64,000 bases of DNA from Candidatus Latescibacterota bacterium (GTDB lineage Bacteria; Latescibacterota; UBA2968; GCA-2709665). Under the pieces are notes generated by a model. It saw only the letters and a list, made by a program, of their open reading frames with translations, had not been told where the DNA came from and made no database searches. A program made the translations under genes and the position numbers. Within the stretch, counting starts at the first letter, position 1; each line of letters starts with the position of its first letter. Positions 20,835 through 30,955 of the stretch are shown piece after piece. The stretch is taken from contig OZ250150.1 in NCBI GenBank assembly GCA_965237675.1, positions 960,001 through 1,024,000 on the forward strand, given 5' to 3'.

Positions 20835-22086
20835 GTGGTCGATTTCAGAAATAGGTATAATGTTGTCTGGAACCGGGTGTGTGCTTATAATAAGGTTGTC
20901 TCCCCGACCGCGTTGGGAGGTAACCGATGCCTGGACCGAAGCCGAAGTATCAACCCGAGTTTGAGACGGAGGAGATCGCAGAGGCTCGTAGGATTGCACG
21001 ACAACGAACGGCACCCAGCTCCCATGTTCACCGGGCCAAGATGGTCGTGATCTTGTCGGAGCATCCGGACATCTCGCACGAGAGGCTGGCTCAAGCCGTT
21101 GGGGTGCACCCGAGAACGGTGATGAAATGGCGAAAGCGCTGGTCGGTTGAGGGTTTTTCACTGTTGGATCAGCCTCGTAGTGGAAGACCCCCGGTTTTTC
21201 CCCCCCGAAAGCGTCGCTGAAATTAAGGCCATCGCCTGCCAATTGCCAGCCGTGCGGGAGATCCCGCTTTCCCGCTTCAGCCTCGCAGAGATGCTTCGGG
21301 AAATCCGTTCGGAGTCCACCGTGTCGATCTCCAGGAGCACGCTGTGGCGTCTCCTCAAACAGGACGCCATTCGTCCCTGGTTTCACCGATCCTGGATCTC
21401 TGTCAAGGATCCGCGCTTTCTGGAAAAAGCGGGCCCCGTTTTGGATCTGTATCAAGGTGATTATGAGGGCGTGCCACTGGGGCCCAAAGACTACGTCCTC
21501 AGTGCGGACGAGAAATCGCAGCTCCAGATCCTGGAGCGGGAGTTCCCGTGTTCACCGCCGGGACCGGGCAAACCCATTCACTGTGAGTCGGACTACAAGC
21601 GCCACGGGACCGTGGCCTACCTGGCCGCACTCGATATCAGAAGCGGAAAAATCTTTGGTCGTGTGGATCAAACCACGGGGATCGAACCCTTTCAGGCTCT
21701 GGTCGACCTCGTGATGAAGCAGGAGCCGTATGCTTCGGCCGAACGCGTGTTCTGGATCCTCGACAATGGGGCTTCCCATCACCCGTCGACCTCCCCTGCG
21801 CGACTCCGGAAGGCTTACCCGAACCTGATCGCCATCCATCTTCCCGTCCACGCAAGCTGGCTCAACCAAATCGAGATCTACTTCTCTATCCTTCAAAGAA
21901 AGGCACTTACGCCCAACGACCTCGCAGACAGAAAGCAAATGGAAGACCGAATCCTCGGTTTTGAGCGCCGCTACAACCAAACTTCCAGACCCTTCAACTG
22001 GCGATTCACCCGCAACGACCTCGAAGAAAGGCTCCGCGAACTCAAAATCGCCGCCTAACTTGATACTAACTTCTGAAATCGACCAC
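20835..22086 (+). mobile_element. IS630-family insertion sequence #2
   Basis: Perfect 16-bp IR GTGGTCGATTTCAGAA / TTCTGAAATCGACCAC, TA duplicated at 20833-34 and 22087-88. ORFs 20927-21220 and ~21190-22058 are joined at TTTTTCCCCCCC; motifs ADEK, LDNGASH, HASWLNQIEIYF. Confidence 0.95.
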
Positions 22087-25000
22087 TAGCGACTTTATAG
22101 GTCCTGTCATGTTTTCGCCCGATGGCCGCATTTTGGCCGGCGGTGGCGCGAGCGAAATACGCTTGTGGGATGTGGCCAAAAAAGAAAAGATCGACGACCT
22201 TCCGGGGTATGGTGGGATCTCTGTTGCATTCTCACCCGATGGTAAAACGCTTGCTTCCGCAGTTAGCGGTGGCGCTCAGTTATGGGATGTTGCGACACAG
22301 ACACCCGTAGCTTTCCTTAGGGGGCGTCGCCGGGATATGATTCCCCACGTTGCATTTTCGCCGGATAGCACAACGCTTGCTTCAACTTGGGGATCAGATG
22401 GCGTTCAGTTGTCAAATGTCTCCACACAAGAACAAATCGCCGTTCTTGAGGGGGACGATGCCGAAGAATTCTATTCTGTTGCGTTTTCGCGCGATGGTAA
22501 GACGCTTGCTTCCGGCAGTTGGGATTTTCCTAGTAAGGTTGTACTTTGGGAGGTAGCGACGAGACAGACAATCGCCACTTTTGTTGAAGGGCATGATGGC
22601 GTGAGCATCAATTCTGTTACATTCTCGCCCGATCGCACAATCCTGGCCAGCGGCAGCGGTTCCGCAGAATCAATTCACTTGTGGGATGTGTCTAAATGGA
22701 CAAGCCGCCGACCGCAGCCCCAGACTCTCCAGATAATTTCAGGCAATAACCAGCAATCACCGACCGGTTCGGCGTTGGCGAAGGCGTTTGTTGTTGAAGT
22801 AAGAGATCAGAATGGCAACCCGTTGCAAGGTGTTAAGGTCCGATTTTCTGTTACCGAGGGCAACGGAAAACTTAGCGGGAAATTTACCGTTCAAAACACT
22901 ACCACCGATGCAACTGGCAGGGCGCAACTTACTCTTACGCTTGGGCCGGATGCTGGAACAAATGTTGTCGAGGTTTCTGTCGACGGCATTGTCGCAAAAA
23001 TCAAGGAGACGTTTAGTGCGAAAGGCGTTGAAACGGAGACTTTGGATCGTGATTATCGAAAGTGGCACTTGCCCAACGGCACCATCGCTCGGCTGGAAAA
23101 GGGAAGCATTAGTGGTACCGTTGTGTTTTCTCCCGATGGACATACGCTCGCTGTCTCAAGTGGCATTGGTGTCTGGCTTTATGATGTTGCGACACAGAAT
23201 GAACTCGCGCTGTTAACGGGGCATCAGGGCTGGGTCAATTCAGTGGCTTTCTCTCCTAACGGTACCATGTTGGTTTCCGGGTCGAGCTCATCTTACAGCG
23301 GTACACTGAAGCTGTGGGACGTTTCGACGGGAAGCAACATTGCAACCCTTGGAGATAACCGCACCTGGCGGCAAGCAATCCAGTCAGTGGCGTATTCACC
23401 TGATGGAAACTCGATTGCTGCCGGTTCTTACGGCGAGGTTAACCTTTGGGACGTTGCCTCTAAAACAAAAATCGCTACCCTTGCGGGGCATGCACGATGG
23501 GTTCATTCCGTAGCCTACTCCCCAGACGGCAAGATGCTCGCCGCAGGGCTCAATGATGACAAAGTCGAGCTTTGGGATATTGCCGCAAGGACGAAGACGA
23601 CATTGACACATGAAGGTTTGGTAGGGTCCGTCGCATTTTCTCCCGATGGAACAACCCTTGTGTCTGCTGGTTCCGGAATCGTGAATTTCTGGGATGTAGC
23701 AACAGGGACTATTGTCTCCACATTGAGAAATACTTATGGCCCTGTGGCGTTTTCTCCCGATGGCACTAAGCTTTTTGCTGGGGATAAATTGAGGGATGTG
23801 AAGACAGCCACAATTCATGCTACGTTTGACCGACGAGCCGTTACCGTTGCATTTTCACCCAACGGCAGAACCCTTGCGACAACGGCTTTTGAAGAGGTTA
23901 GACTGTGGGATATTCACACGCATAATAGCGTACGAATAAGCCATAGTTCCCGAGTTGGATCGGTTGCGTTTTCGCCAGATGGCAATACGCTTGCTGCGGG
24001 GGCTAAATTATGGGATGTGAAGACGCAATCGAATTTCGCTACGCTCCGAGGATCCGGTCGCGATGTGGCGTTCCTACCCGGCGGCACGTCGGTCTTGATC
24101 GGAAACACGCTGTGGGATTTGGCGACGCGGACAATCCTGGCAACATTTCCGGGTCGGTTTCTTTCCGCTGCGGTTTCGCCCGATGGAACAACAATTGCGT
24201 CCGGCGGACGGGGAAGCAGCGTCGAACTGTTGGACGTTTCAACCAAGAAAGTTATCGGCACACTCGAGGGGCATACCGGTGACTTCATTGACGGCGCCGT
24301 GCAGGGCGTCGCGTTCTCACCAGACGGTATGACACTTGCTTCGGCATCGAGGGACAGGACTATTAAGCTGTGGAACGTTGCAACGAGACAAAATATCGGC
24401 ACACTCCAGGGACATAGTAAACATGTTGAATCGGTGGCGTTTTCGCCCGATGGCGAAACGCTTGTGTCCGGGTCCCGGGATGGCTCGGTCAGGCTTTGGA
24501 ACGTCTCGACAAGGTCGAATACGGCCACATTAAGGCACGGTATGGCCGTTATGACAGTCGCGTTTTTACCTGACGGCTCGACAGTCGCGTCAGGGATCTC
24601 GGGAAGTACCATCAAGCTATGGGATGTCGCGGCAGCTCGAAGTATTGCTACTCTTGAAGGACATTCGGGATGGGTACTGTCTATTGCGTTTTCACCGGAT
24701 GGGGAATTGCTCGCTTCGGGCTCGTCTGATGGCACGGTTCTGCTGTGGGATACGTCTTCCTACGGACCAGGAGCGACATCAGACGCCACCTTCTCCATTT
24801 CCCTGGACGGGAACGCCGCCGCAGGAGATCAGGGCGTCACAACGCTTGATGTTGCCACCGGATCGGTTGTCCCGATACAGCTTTTTGGCAATGGCATCCG
24901 GGATGCAAACGGTGTTTCCGCCCGGTTTGAATACGATGCTGCTCAGGTCGGTTATGACAGGTTCGATCCGGGAAGCCTGTTGCCAAATGCGCAGGTGCTC

Positions 25001-25494
25001 GCGGTGCCTGCTACAAATCCAACTGCCATCGATATCAGCGTCGTGTCTTTTGGCGGGCAGGCAACGGTCGATAGCGGCCTGGTGGGCAGCGTTCGTTTCC
25101 GCACGATGGACGGGTTCTCAGGTACCACGCTTCGGCTCGTGAGCGCTGAGATCGGCAGGGGTGATCAACGTGAGAAACTCACGCTGTCAGATACCGGCGT
25201 CATGCTAAGGCTGGCTCAGGCGACGCCGGACTTCAATGGCGACGGCAAGGTCGATTTTGGCGACTTTGTGGCGTTTGGCATGCGGTTCGGCGCAAGCCGG
25301 GGCGATGAAAGGTATGAGGCCAAATACGATCTGGATGAAGACGGCACGATCGGTTTTGGCGATTTCCTGATATTTGGCCGCGAGTTTGGTACGTGAGCGT
25401 CACAAACTGCACATTTAGAGTCTTACGGTAAGACTTCTGCGCAAAATGCGTTCATGCTTTTTCAGGCAACTTGCATACGGTAAGGCGTAGAAAT

Positions 25495-25583
25495 CCCCCC
25501 ACCGCATCAGCCGTCGCCTGCCCTTCGACAAGCTCAGGGAACCGGATCGGCTTCTGCGACTCCCCCTCAAGGGGGGAGTGATT
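25495..25583. repeat. Palindromic intergenic repeat (CCCTTCGACAAGCTCAGGG and CTCCCCCTCAAGGGGGGAG hairpins)
   Basis: Two GC-rich hairpins between genes; only one copy in this window. Confidence 0.4.
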
Positions 25584-25701
25584 GGGCCGTCAAACGGGCT
25601 TGCGCGTTGACGTCCACCAATTTGGTTGCGGCTGAGCAAAGCGAAGCCGCGCTTGGAAAAATACATTGGCCAAATCTATTAAGGATCTACCAGGAGAACA
25701 G

Positions 25702-26439
25702 ATGGCGTGTAGACTATGTAAGGAAGACAAACCTCTGCTCAAGTCCCATATATTCCCGGAATGGCTCTATACTCCACTTTATGACGAGAACCGTCGGTTC
25801 TTTGTTCTTAGTACGGATGAAAACAAGAGGAGGGGTACACGCCCAAAGGGAATTTACGAGAAACTTTTGTGTAATGAATGTGAACAGCTATTCAGCAAAT
25901 GGGAGGGATACGCTCGAGCGGTTTTCTATAGGGATGATCCACGAATGAAGATTCAGGATCGCGGACCCCAAGTTGTATTCTCATGTCTGCAATATGCCCC
26001 ATTTAAGCTCTTTCAGATGTCCTTGATTTGGCGTGCATCGATCACGAATAGGCATGAAGTCCGCAGGATCAACCTGGGGCCACATGCTGAAAGACTTCGA
26101 GAAATGTTGTTCGAAGAATGTCCGGGGGAGAGTTACGAATACGCCGCAATTCTAATGTCGCTACCCAGGTCGCAGGACCAGATAATGCGGGAATTCATAT
26201 ATCCTCCAGAACCCCTCCCGAAAAAAATCGACGGTCACACAGGATACCGGGCTGTTTTTGGTGGTCTTTTCTGGCAGTTCATTGTCTCAAATCACTCAGC
26301 CGATCTTCAAGATAAGGATCTGTTTCTTTCGAAGGATGGGCAGCTTCCAATCTATAAAGTCGGGGAACCTGCCGTAGAATTTATGCGGAAACTGGCACTC
26401 GATTTTTCGAAAGCAGGTATGTTGAGTCAGCCGCTCTGA
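25702..26439 (+). CDS. Zn-finger/HNH endonuclease-like protein
   Basis: CRLC...SHIFP...LLCNECEQ pattern of His-Me finger proteins; RBS AGGAG; lower GC than its neighbours. Confidence 0.6.
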   Translation: MACRLCKEDKPLLKSHIFPEWLYTPLYDENRRFFVLSTDENKRRGTRPKGIYEKLLCNECEQLFSKWEGYARAVFYRDDPRMKIQDRGPQVVFSCLQYAPFKLFQMSLIWRASITNRHEVRRINLGPHAERLREMLFEECPGESYEYAAILMSLPRSQDQIMREFIYPPEPLPKKIDGHTGYRAVFGGLFWQFIVSNHSADLQDKDLFLSKDGQLPIYKVGEPAVEFMRKLALDFSKAGMLSQPL

Positions 26440-26809
26440 TTCTCGGCGCACACCCTGGTCTGCAGGCGCTCCCTCGCGCTCCCAGTTGTCGCAAAATGCG
26501 ACACCTGCGTTTCGAAGCCTAATTGTTCGGCATTCCTTCCCGTATACCTCACGCCCCGCCGGTGGTGGCGTTGGGGCTTTCCGCCGATTTCTGCTTTGGC
26601 AACTCGCACCCGTACGTTTGTTGTGTGGGGGGATCGTTCGCGGCATGAATCGCGCCGCTCACCAACGGCCTTAAACGCAAAAACCACGCGTCCCCTGTTG
26701 TCCCGAAAAATCGCCGGGACAACAGGTCGCCCGTTTTTCGGGTGGAGGCTGGTTCTCCGTGCCTTAACGTACAACAACATCAAGTACTGTAATTCTTCCC
26801 TCGTGCGGC

Positions 26810-26958
26810 CGGTGGTGGAGAGGGGGGTTTTGCCACGCTAATCCGTCCAGCACTGAAGCACCGAGGTGCCGTATTCGTACGTAGGGCACAATCGCCAGTC
26901 TATGCCACTGAGGAAGTTCGTGGAAAAACCGGCCCCGCGCCGAGCGGCGCGGTTCTTT
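26810..26958. repeat. ~149-bp dispersed element with inverted ends, copy 2
   Basis: Colinear with 4429-4575: CCACGCT.ATCCGT, CGTAC.TAGGG.ACAA, TGCCACTG and CGTGGAAAAA.CGGCCCCGCGCCGAGCG are shared. Confidence 0.75.
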
Positions 26959-27195
26959 TTGGTCCTTTTTCTTACGCGAATAAGAAAAAGGACGAAGAAG
27001 AAAAGAAGTTGAAGTAAAGGGTAAGGCCTGTGTCCGCCCGGAACGCAGTTCCAAAAAAGCCGGAAGAGGAAAGACGGACGACGTAAGGCCGCCCAACCTC
27101 CGCCGAACATCGATACGGCCTGACGAGATCAATTCGCGAACGTCTGGTTCTTGCAGGGGCGGTTCGCGCTGCCTCCTCCATTCCTGACAATAGAT

Positions 27196-29226
27196 TCAAA
27201 CGGCTTCCGTTACCGCCCCGCGCATCTTCAAGATATACTTCGCCCGATCCAGCGGCGATATCCCTTTGTAGGGCCGCACGACTCCCTCGCCCGGCGGGCA
27301 GGGCTCATATCCGCCGTACTTGAAGGAGAACTTCGCCGTTCCGCCTGTCAACGAGTTCAGCCGGATCGGATAGTCCATCGAAGTCGCCAGGGGTAATCGT
27401 CCTGTAACCGATAACGCACCTCCGTCAGCCTCCACGGGATCGAAGGTGCCGCGCGCATTTATGATATCCGACGTGATCTTTCCAATGCAGGTCTCGGGCA
27501 CCGAAATTTTGAACGCCAGAATCGGTTCGAGCAGAATCGACCCGGTCTCGGTCAGGCCTTTCAACACCGCGATATTCGTTGCCAGTTTGAAATTGCCCGC
27601 GCGGCTGTGCAAAACGTGATCGCTCCCCTCCACCAGGGTGATCTTCAGATCCGTGACTTCCCATCCCTTGATTCCCTGCTTGAGCGCGGCCTCGATCGAT
27701 CTTTCGATCTCCTTCTGATATCGTGCCTTGATGTCGTTGACGCCGACCTGTGACGAATAAACAACACCGCTTCCCGGCTCGCCCGGTTCCATCCGATACT
27801 TCACGATGGCCCAACACGGCTTCGGCATCGTGTAGCGCTCAATGCCGTGTCCGACCGAAGCAGGTGTCTCCTTGTAAATGACCATCGGGTCATTGAACCG
27901 TGCTTTGACGCCAAAGCGCGCATCGAGCATCTCCTTCAGAATCTCTGCCTGAACGGCGCCCATGATCTTCACGTGCAGTTCGCGTTCATCCTCGAACCAC
28001 GTGAAGTTGAGGTGTGGGTCTTCGCTCGACAACTGCTGCAGCGCCCCGGCCAATCGAGAGTGATCCGCCTCGTCTTCCGGGATAGCCTGTACCGACAGCA
28101 GGGGCTCTCCGAGCTCGCAGGACCTGGGGATGGGGCCCGGATCGCCCAGGATGTCGCCGATCTTCGCGTCCGGCATCCCGCAGAAGAAACCGATGTCGCC
28201 GGCGGAGAGGACGCCTGCGTCCTCATATCGATTGAGAAAGGATTTCTTGATCTGCGTAATCTTCTCGTCGCGATCCGCCGTGACATTCCGGATGATATCT
28301 CTGTTTTGGAGTCTTCCTGCATAGAGACGAACGCCGGCGATGCGCCCAAGTTTCGGATCGTGGTCGAGCTTGAACACCACACCGGAGGCAGGACGTGAGT
28401 CGTCGGCATTCGCATCGGGGAAATAGGCCACGATCTTCCCCAGCAGTTCCTCCGTTCCGATCATGTTCTTGGCCACGCCGCAGAGTATGGGAAACAGCTC
28501 TCTCTTTGCCGTGCAAGCCGCGATTACCTTCTCGATCTCTGCTCGTGAAATTGGCTCCTCGTTCAGGAATCGCTCCAGGTACACGTCGTCCTTCGCGGCG
28601 ACGCTCTCGGTCAGGGCGGTCAGACCGTCCGGGTCAAGATCGGCGATACCCGCGTCCGATTCGCCTTCCTTCTCCGGCTGATTGACCGGAATCGCGTCGG
28701 GTGAAAATCGGCGCTTCAGATCGTCGACGACCCTGGCCGTATCGGCGCCCATCCGATCCAGCTTGTTCACGAACAGGATGACGGGTATGCTCAGCGCTTC
28801 CAGCGCGGCCCAGATCGATTCCGTCTGAGCCTGGATGCCTTCGACCGCGGAAAGAACGAGCACGGCGCAGTCGAGCACACGCAGAGATCGCTCGACCTCG
28901 GCGGAAAAATCGACGTGCCCCGGCGTGTCGATCAGGTTGATCCTCACGCCCTCCCACTCGAATGACAGCGCCGATGCTCGGACCGAGATCCCCCGCCGCC
29001 TCTCCACGTCGAGCGCATCGGAGAGACTTGTCCCTTTGTCGACATTTCCAGCCGAGCGGATGGCGCCGCTGAGGAACAGCATATTCTCAGTCACGGTCGT
29101 CTTGCCGGCATCGACGTGCGCGAGGATACCGAGATTGCGAATTCTTGAGGAATCTTCAGGAGCCACAAGATTGTCGTTCAATAGGTGGGTGGCGGGACGG
29201 CACACAAGCGACGTGCGCGGATACAC
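27196..29226 (-). CDS. EF-G-like GTPase of the TetM/TetO/OtrA ribosomal-protection-like family (start uncertain)
   Basis: NLGILAHVDAGKTT, ERRRGISV, DTPGHVDF, NKLD, GIKGWEVTDLKITL and LLEP; ~650 aa. Confidence 0.85.
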   Translation of the reverse strand: MYPRTSLVCRPATHLLNDNLVAPEDSSRIRNLGILAHVDAGKTTVTENMLFLSGAIRSAGNVDKGTSLSDALDVERRRGISVRASALSFEWEGVRINLIDTPGHVDFSAEVERSLRVLDCAVLVLSAVEGIQAQTESIWAALEALSIPVILFVNKLDRMGADTARVVDDLKRRFSPDAIPVNQPEKEGESDAGIADLDPDGLTALTESVAAKDDVYLERFLNEEPISRAEIEKVIAACTAKRELFPILCGVAKNMIGTEELLGKIVAYFPDANADDSRPASGVVFKLDHDPKLGRIAGVRLYAGRLQNRDIIRNVTADRDEKITQIKKSFLNRYEDAGVLSAGDIGFFCGMPDAKIGDILGDPGPIPRSCELGEPLLSVQAIPEDEADHSRLAGALQQLSSEDPHLNFTWFEDERELHVKIMGAVQAEILKEMLDARFGVKARFNDPMVIYKETPASVGHGIERYTMPKPCWAIVKYRMEPGEPGSGVVYSSQVGVNDIKARYQKEIERSIEAALKQGIKGWEVTDLKITLVEGSDHVLHSRAGNFKLATNIAVLKGLTETGSILLEPILAFKISVPETCIGKITSDIINARGTFDPVEADGGALSVTGRLPLATSMDYPIRLNSLTGGTAKFSFKYGGYEPCPPGEGVVRPYKGISPLDRAKYILKMRGAVTEAV

Positions 29227-29519
29227 ACCTCATGATAAACAAAAGCCGTCACGCCGGCGAGGAGTAAAGGAGACTAAGAAAGATCAAAATGTGAAGGGAG
29301 AGGTGATGCCGTTGTCCGCCCGGAACGCAGTTCCATGCGAAAATTTTCCGCTGGCAACGCCCGATTCCGTTCCTTTTCCCGTATTCCTTGCGTTCAACCA
29401 TGCTTTTCTTTACTATACCGATCCCCGGTGTCGATCCCCCCACCCCACGATTCGAATATGAAGTGAGAGGTAGGGAATTTTCCACCGGCCTTTGCCATTT
29501 TTGAACACGGGAGAATGCA

Positions 29520-30803
29520 ATGCAGACCGATTACGCGTTTGAAATGGGGACTTCGAATTTGCGGTTCGGTCCGGGAGCCACGCGGGAAGTGGGAATGGAT
29601 CTGTCCGAGTTGGGAGCCAGGCGGGTGATGCTGGTTACGGATCCCAACCTGGTGGAACTGCCTCCTGTGCGGACCGTGGTCACGTCCCTCACACGCGAGG
29701 GTGTCGAATACGCGCTTTTCGATCGGGTCCGGGTAGAGCCGACAGATGTGTCTTTCCAGGAAGCGATTGACTTTGCATTGGATGGAAATTTCGATGCTTT
29801 TCTCGCGGTGGGCGGGGGCTCCTCAATCGATACGGCAAAAGCCGCGAATCTTTATTCCACCTATCCCGATGATTTCTACGCGTACGTAAACGCGCCGATT
29901 GGAAGCGGCAAGCCGGTGCCCGGGGCGCTCAAGCCGCTGATCGCGATCCCGACGACCGCGGGAACGGGCAGCGAGACCACAGGAGTCACGATATTCGATA
30001 TCTCCGAAAAACACGTGAAAACCGGTATTGCGCACCGCCGCCTGAAACCCACGCTGGGCATTGTGGATCCCGAGAATACGCGGACGATGCCTCCGATTGT
30101 CGCTGCGTCTACCGGCCTGGACGTGCTCTGCCACGCCCTCGAGTCCTATACGGCGATTCCGTACGATCAGAGGCCTTTGCCCGAACGGCCGATTCTGCGG
30201 CCGGCATACCAGGGAACCAATCCGATCAGCGATATGTGGGCCCTCAGGGCCATCGAACTGGTCGCGGAAAACATCGTCCGCGCGGTTGCGGACCCGGAGG
30301 ATGACAAGGCGCGGTGGAATATGATTCTGGCTTCGAGTATGGCGGGTATGGGGTTCGGCAACGCGGGCGTTCATCTGCCTCACGGGATGTCCTATCCCGT
30401 GTCGGGAATGGTGCGGGACTACAAACCCGAGGGGATGGTGAGCGAACATCCCATCGTACCCCATGGGATGTCCGTTTTCCTGAATGCGCCCGCGGCCTTT
30501 CGTTTTACGGGACCGGCCTGCCCGGATCGACATCTCAAGGCCGCGGCATTGTTGGGCGCGGATATTGGCGGGGTGAAAGACCCCGAGGCGGAGGCAGGCG
30601 AGGTACTCGCGAATCGCATTGTGGCGCTGATGAAGCGTCTTGAAATGCCGAACGGCCTTTCGGCAATCGGATTTACGGAGGCGGATGTGCCGGCGCTGGT
30701 AGAAGGCACGCTGCCCCAGCATCGCGTGACCAAGCTGTCGCCGAAGCCCGCCAGCGAAGCGGATCTGGCAGCGCTATTCACGGAATCGCTAACAGCGTGG
30801 TAA
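29520..30803 (+). CDS. Hydroxyacid-oxoacid transhydrogenase (iron-containing ADH family)
   Basis: GGGSSIDTAK, PTTAGTGSETT, YQGTNPISD, GVHLPHGMSYPVSG and VPHGMSV, diagnostic of the ADHFE1/HOT subfamily. Confidence 0.88.
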   Translation: MQTDYAFEMGTSNLRFGPGATREVGMDLSELGARRVMLVTDPNLVELPPVRTVVTSLTREGVEYALFDRVRVEPTDVSFQEAIDFALDGNFDAFLAVGGGSSIDTAKAANLYSTYPDDFYAYVNAPIGSGKPVPGALKPLIAIPTTAGTGSETTGVTIFDISEKHVKTGIAHRRLKPTLGIVDPENTRTMPPIVAASTGLDVLCHALESYTAIPYDQRPLPERPILRPAYQGTNPISDMWALRAIELVAENIVRAVADPEDDKARWNMILASSMAGMGFGNAGVHLPHGMSYPVSGMVRDYKPEGMVSEHPIVPHGMSVFLNAPAAFRFTGPACPDRHLKAAALLGADIGGVKDPEAEAGEVLANRIVALMKRLEMPNGLSAIGFTEADVPALVEGTLPQHRVTKLSPKPASEADLAALFTESLTAW

Positions 30804-30955
30804 CTGTAAAGCGACGGACACAACGGCTGCCCGCTTGCGACTGTCACGGTGGGCTGCGTTCGGTCACTTGATCGTTGCGTAGCAGTGCCTTTATTCATAC
30901 CATTGCCGGGCCTGTTCTTCACTATTTCTACATTTCCACCGGAGGGACGGACGTT

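Larger units (their letters stand above)
18126..25396 (+). pseudogene. Secreted zinc-metallopeptidase/WD40/Ig-like/cohesin/dockerin protein, split by two IS630 elements and a frameshift
   Basis: Signal-like N-terminus, metzincin motif HEIGHAFGLKH with IMSY Met-turn, ~20 WD40 repeats (VAFSPDG...LWDV), Big_1-like domain, C-terminal DFNGDGKVDFGDF/DLDEDGTIGFGDF. Segments 20663-20834 and 22089-25396 join in frame after IS removal; a 1-nt frameshift lies near 19345-19380. Confidence 0.85.

Noticed and set aside
22109-24760. Diversity-generating retroelement or DNA-level tandem repeat in the WD40 region
   Set aside because: Repeats are diverged protein-level WD40 units; there is no reverse transcriptase and no adenine-specific TR/VR pair.
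27196-29226. Assigning a tet gene symbol
   Set aside because: Family membership is clear, but the drug-contacting loop differs and resistance cannot be inferred from sequence alone.
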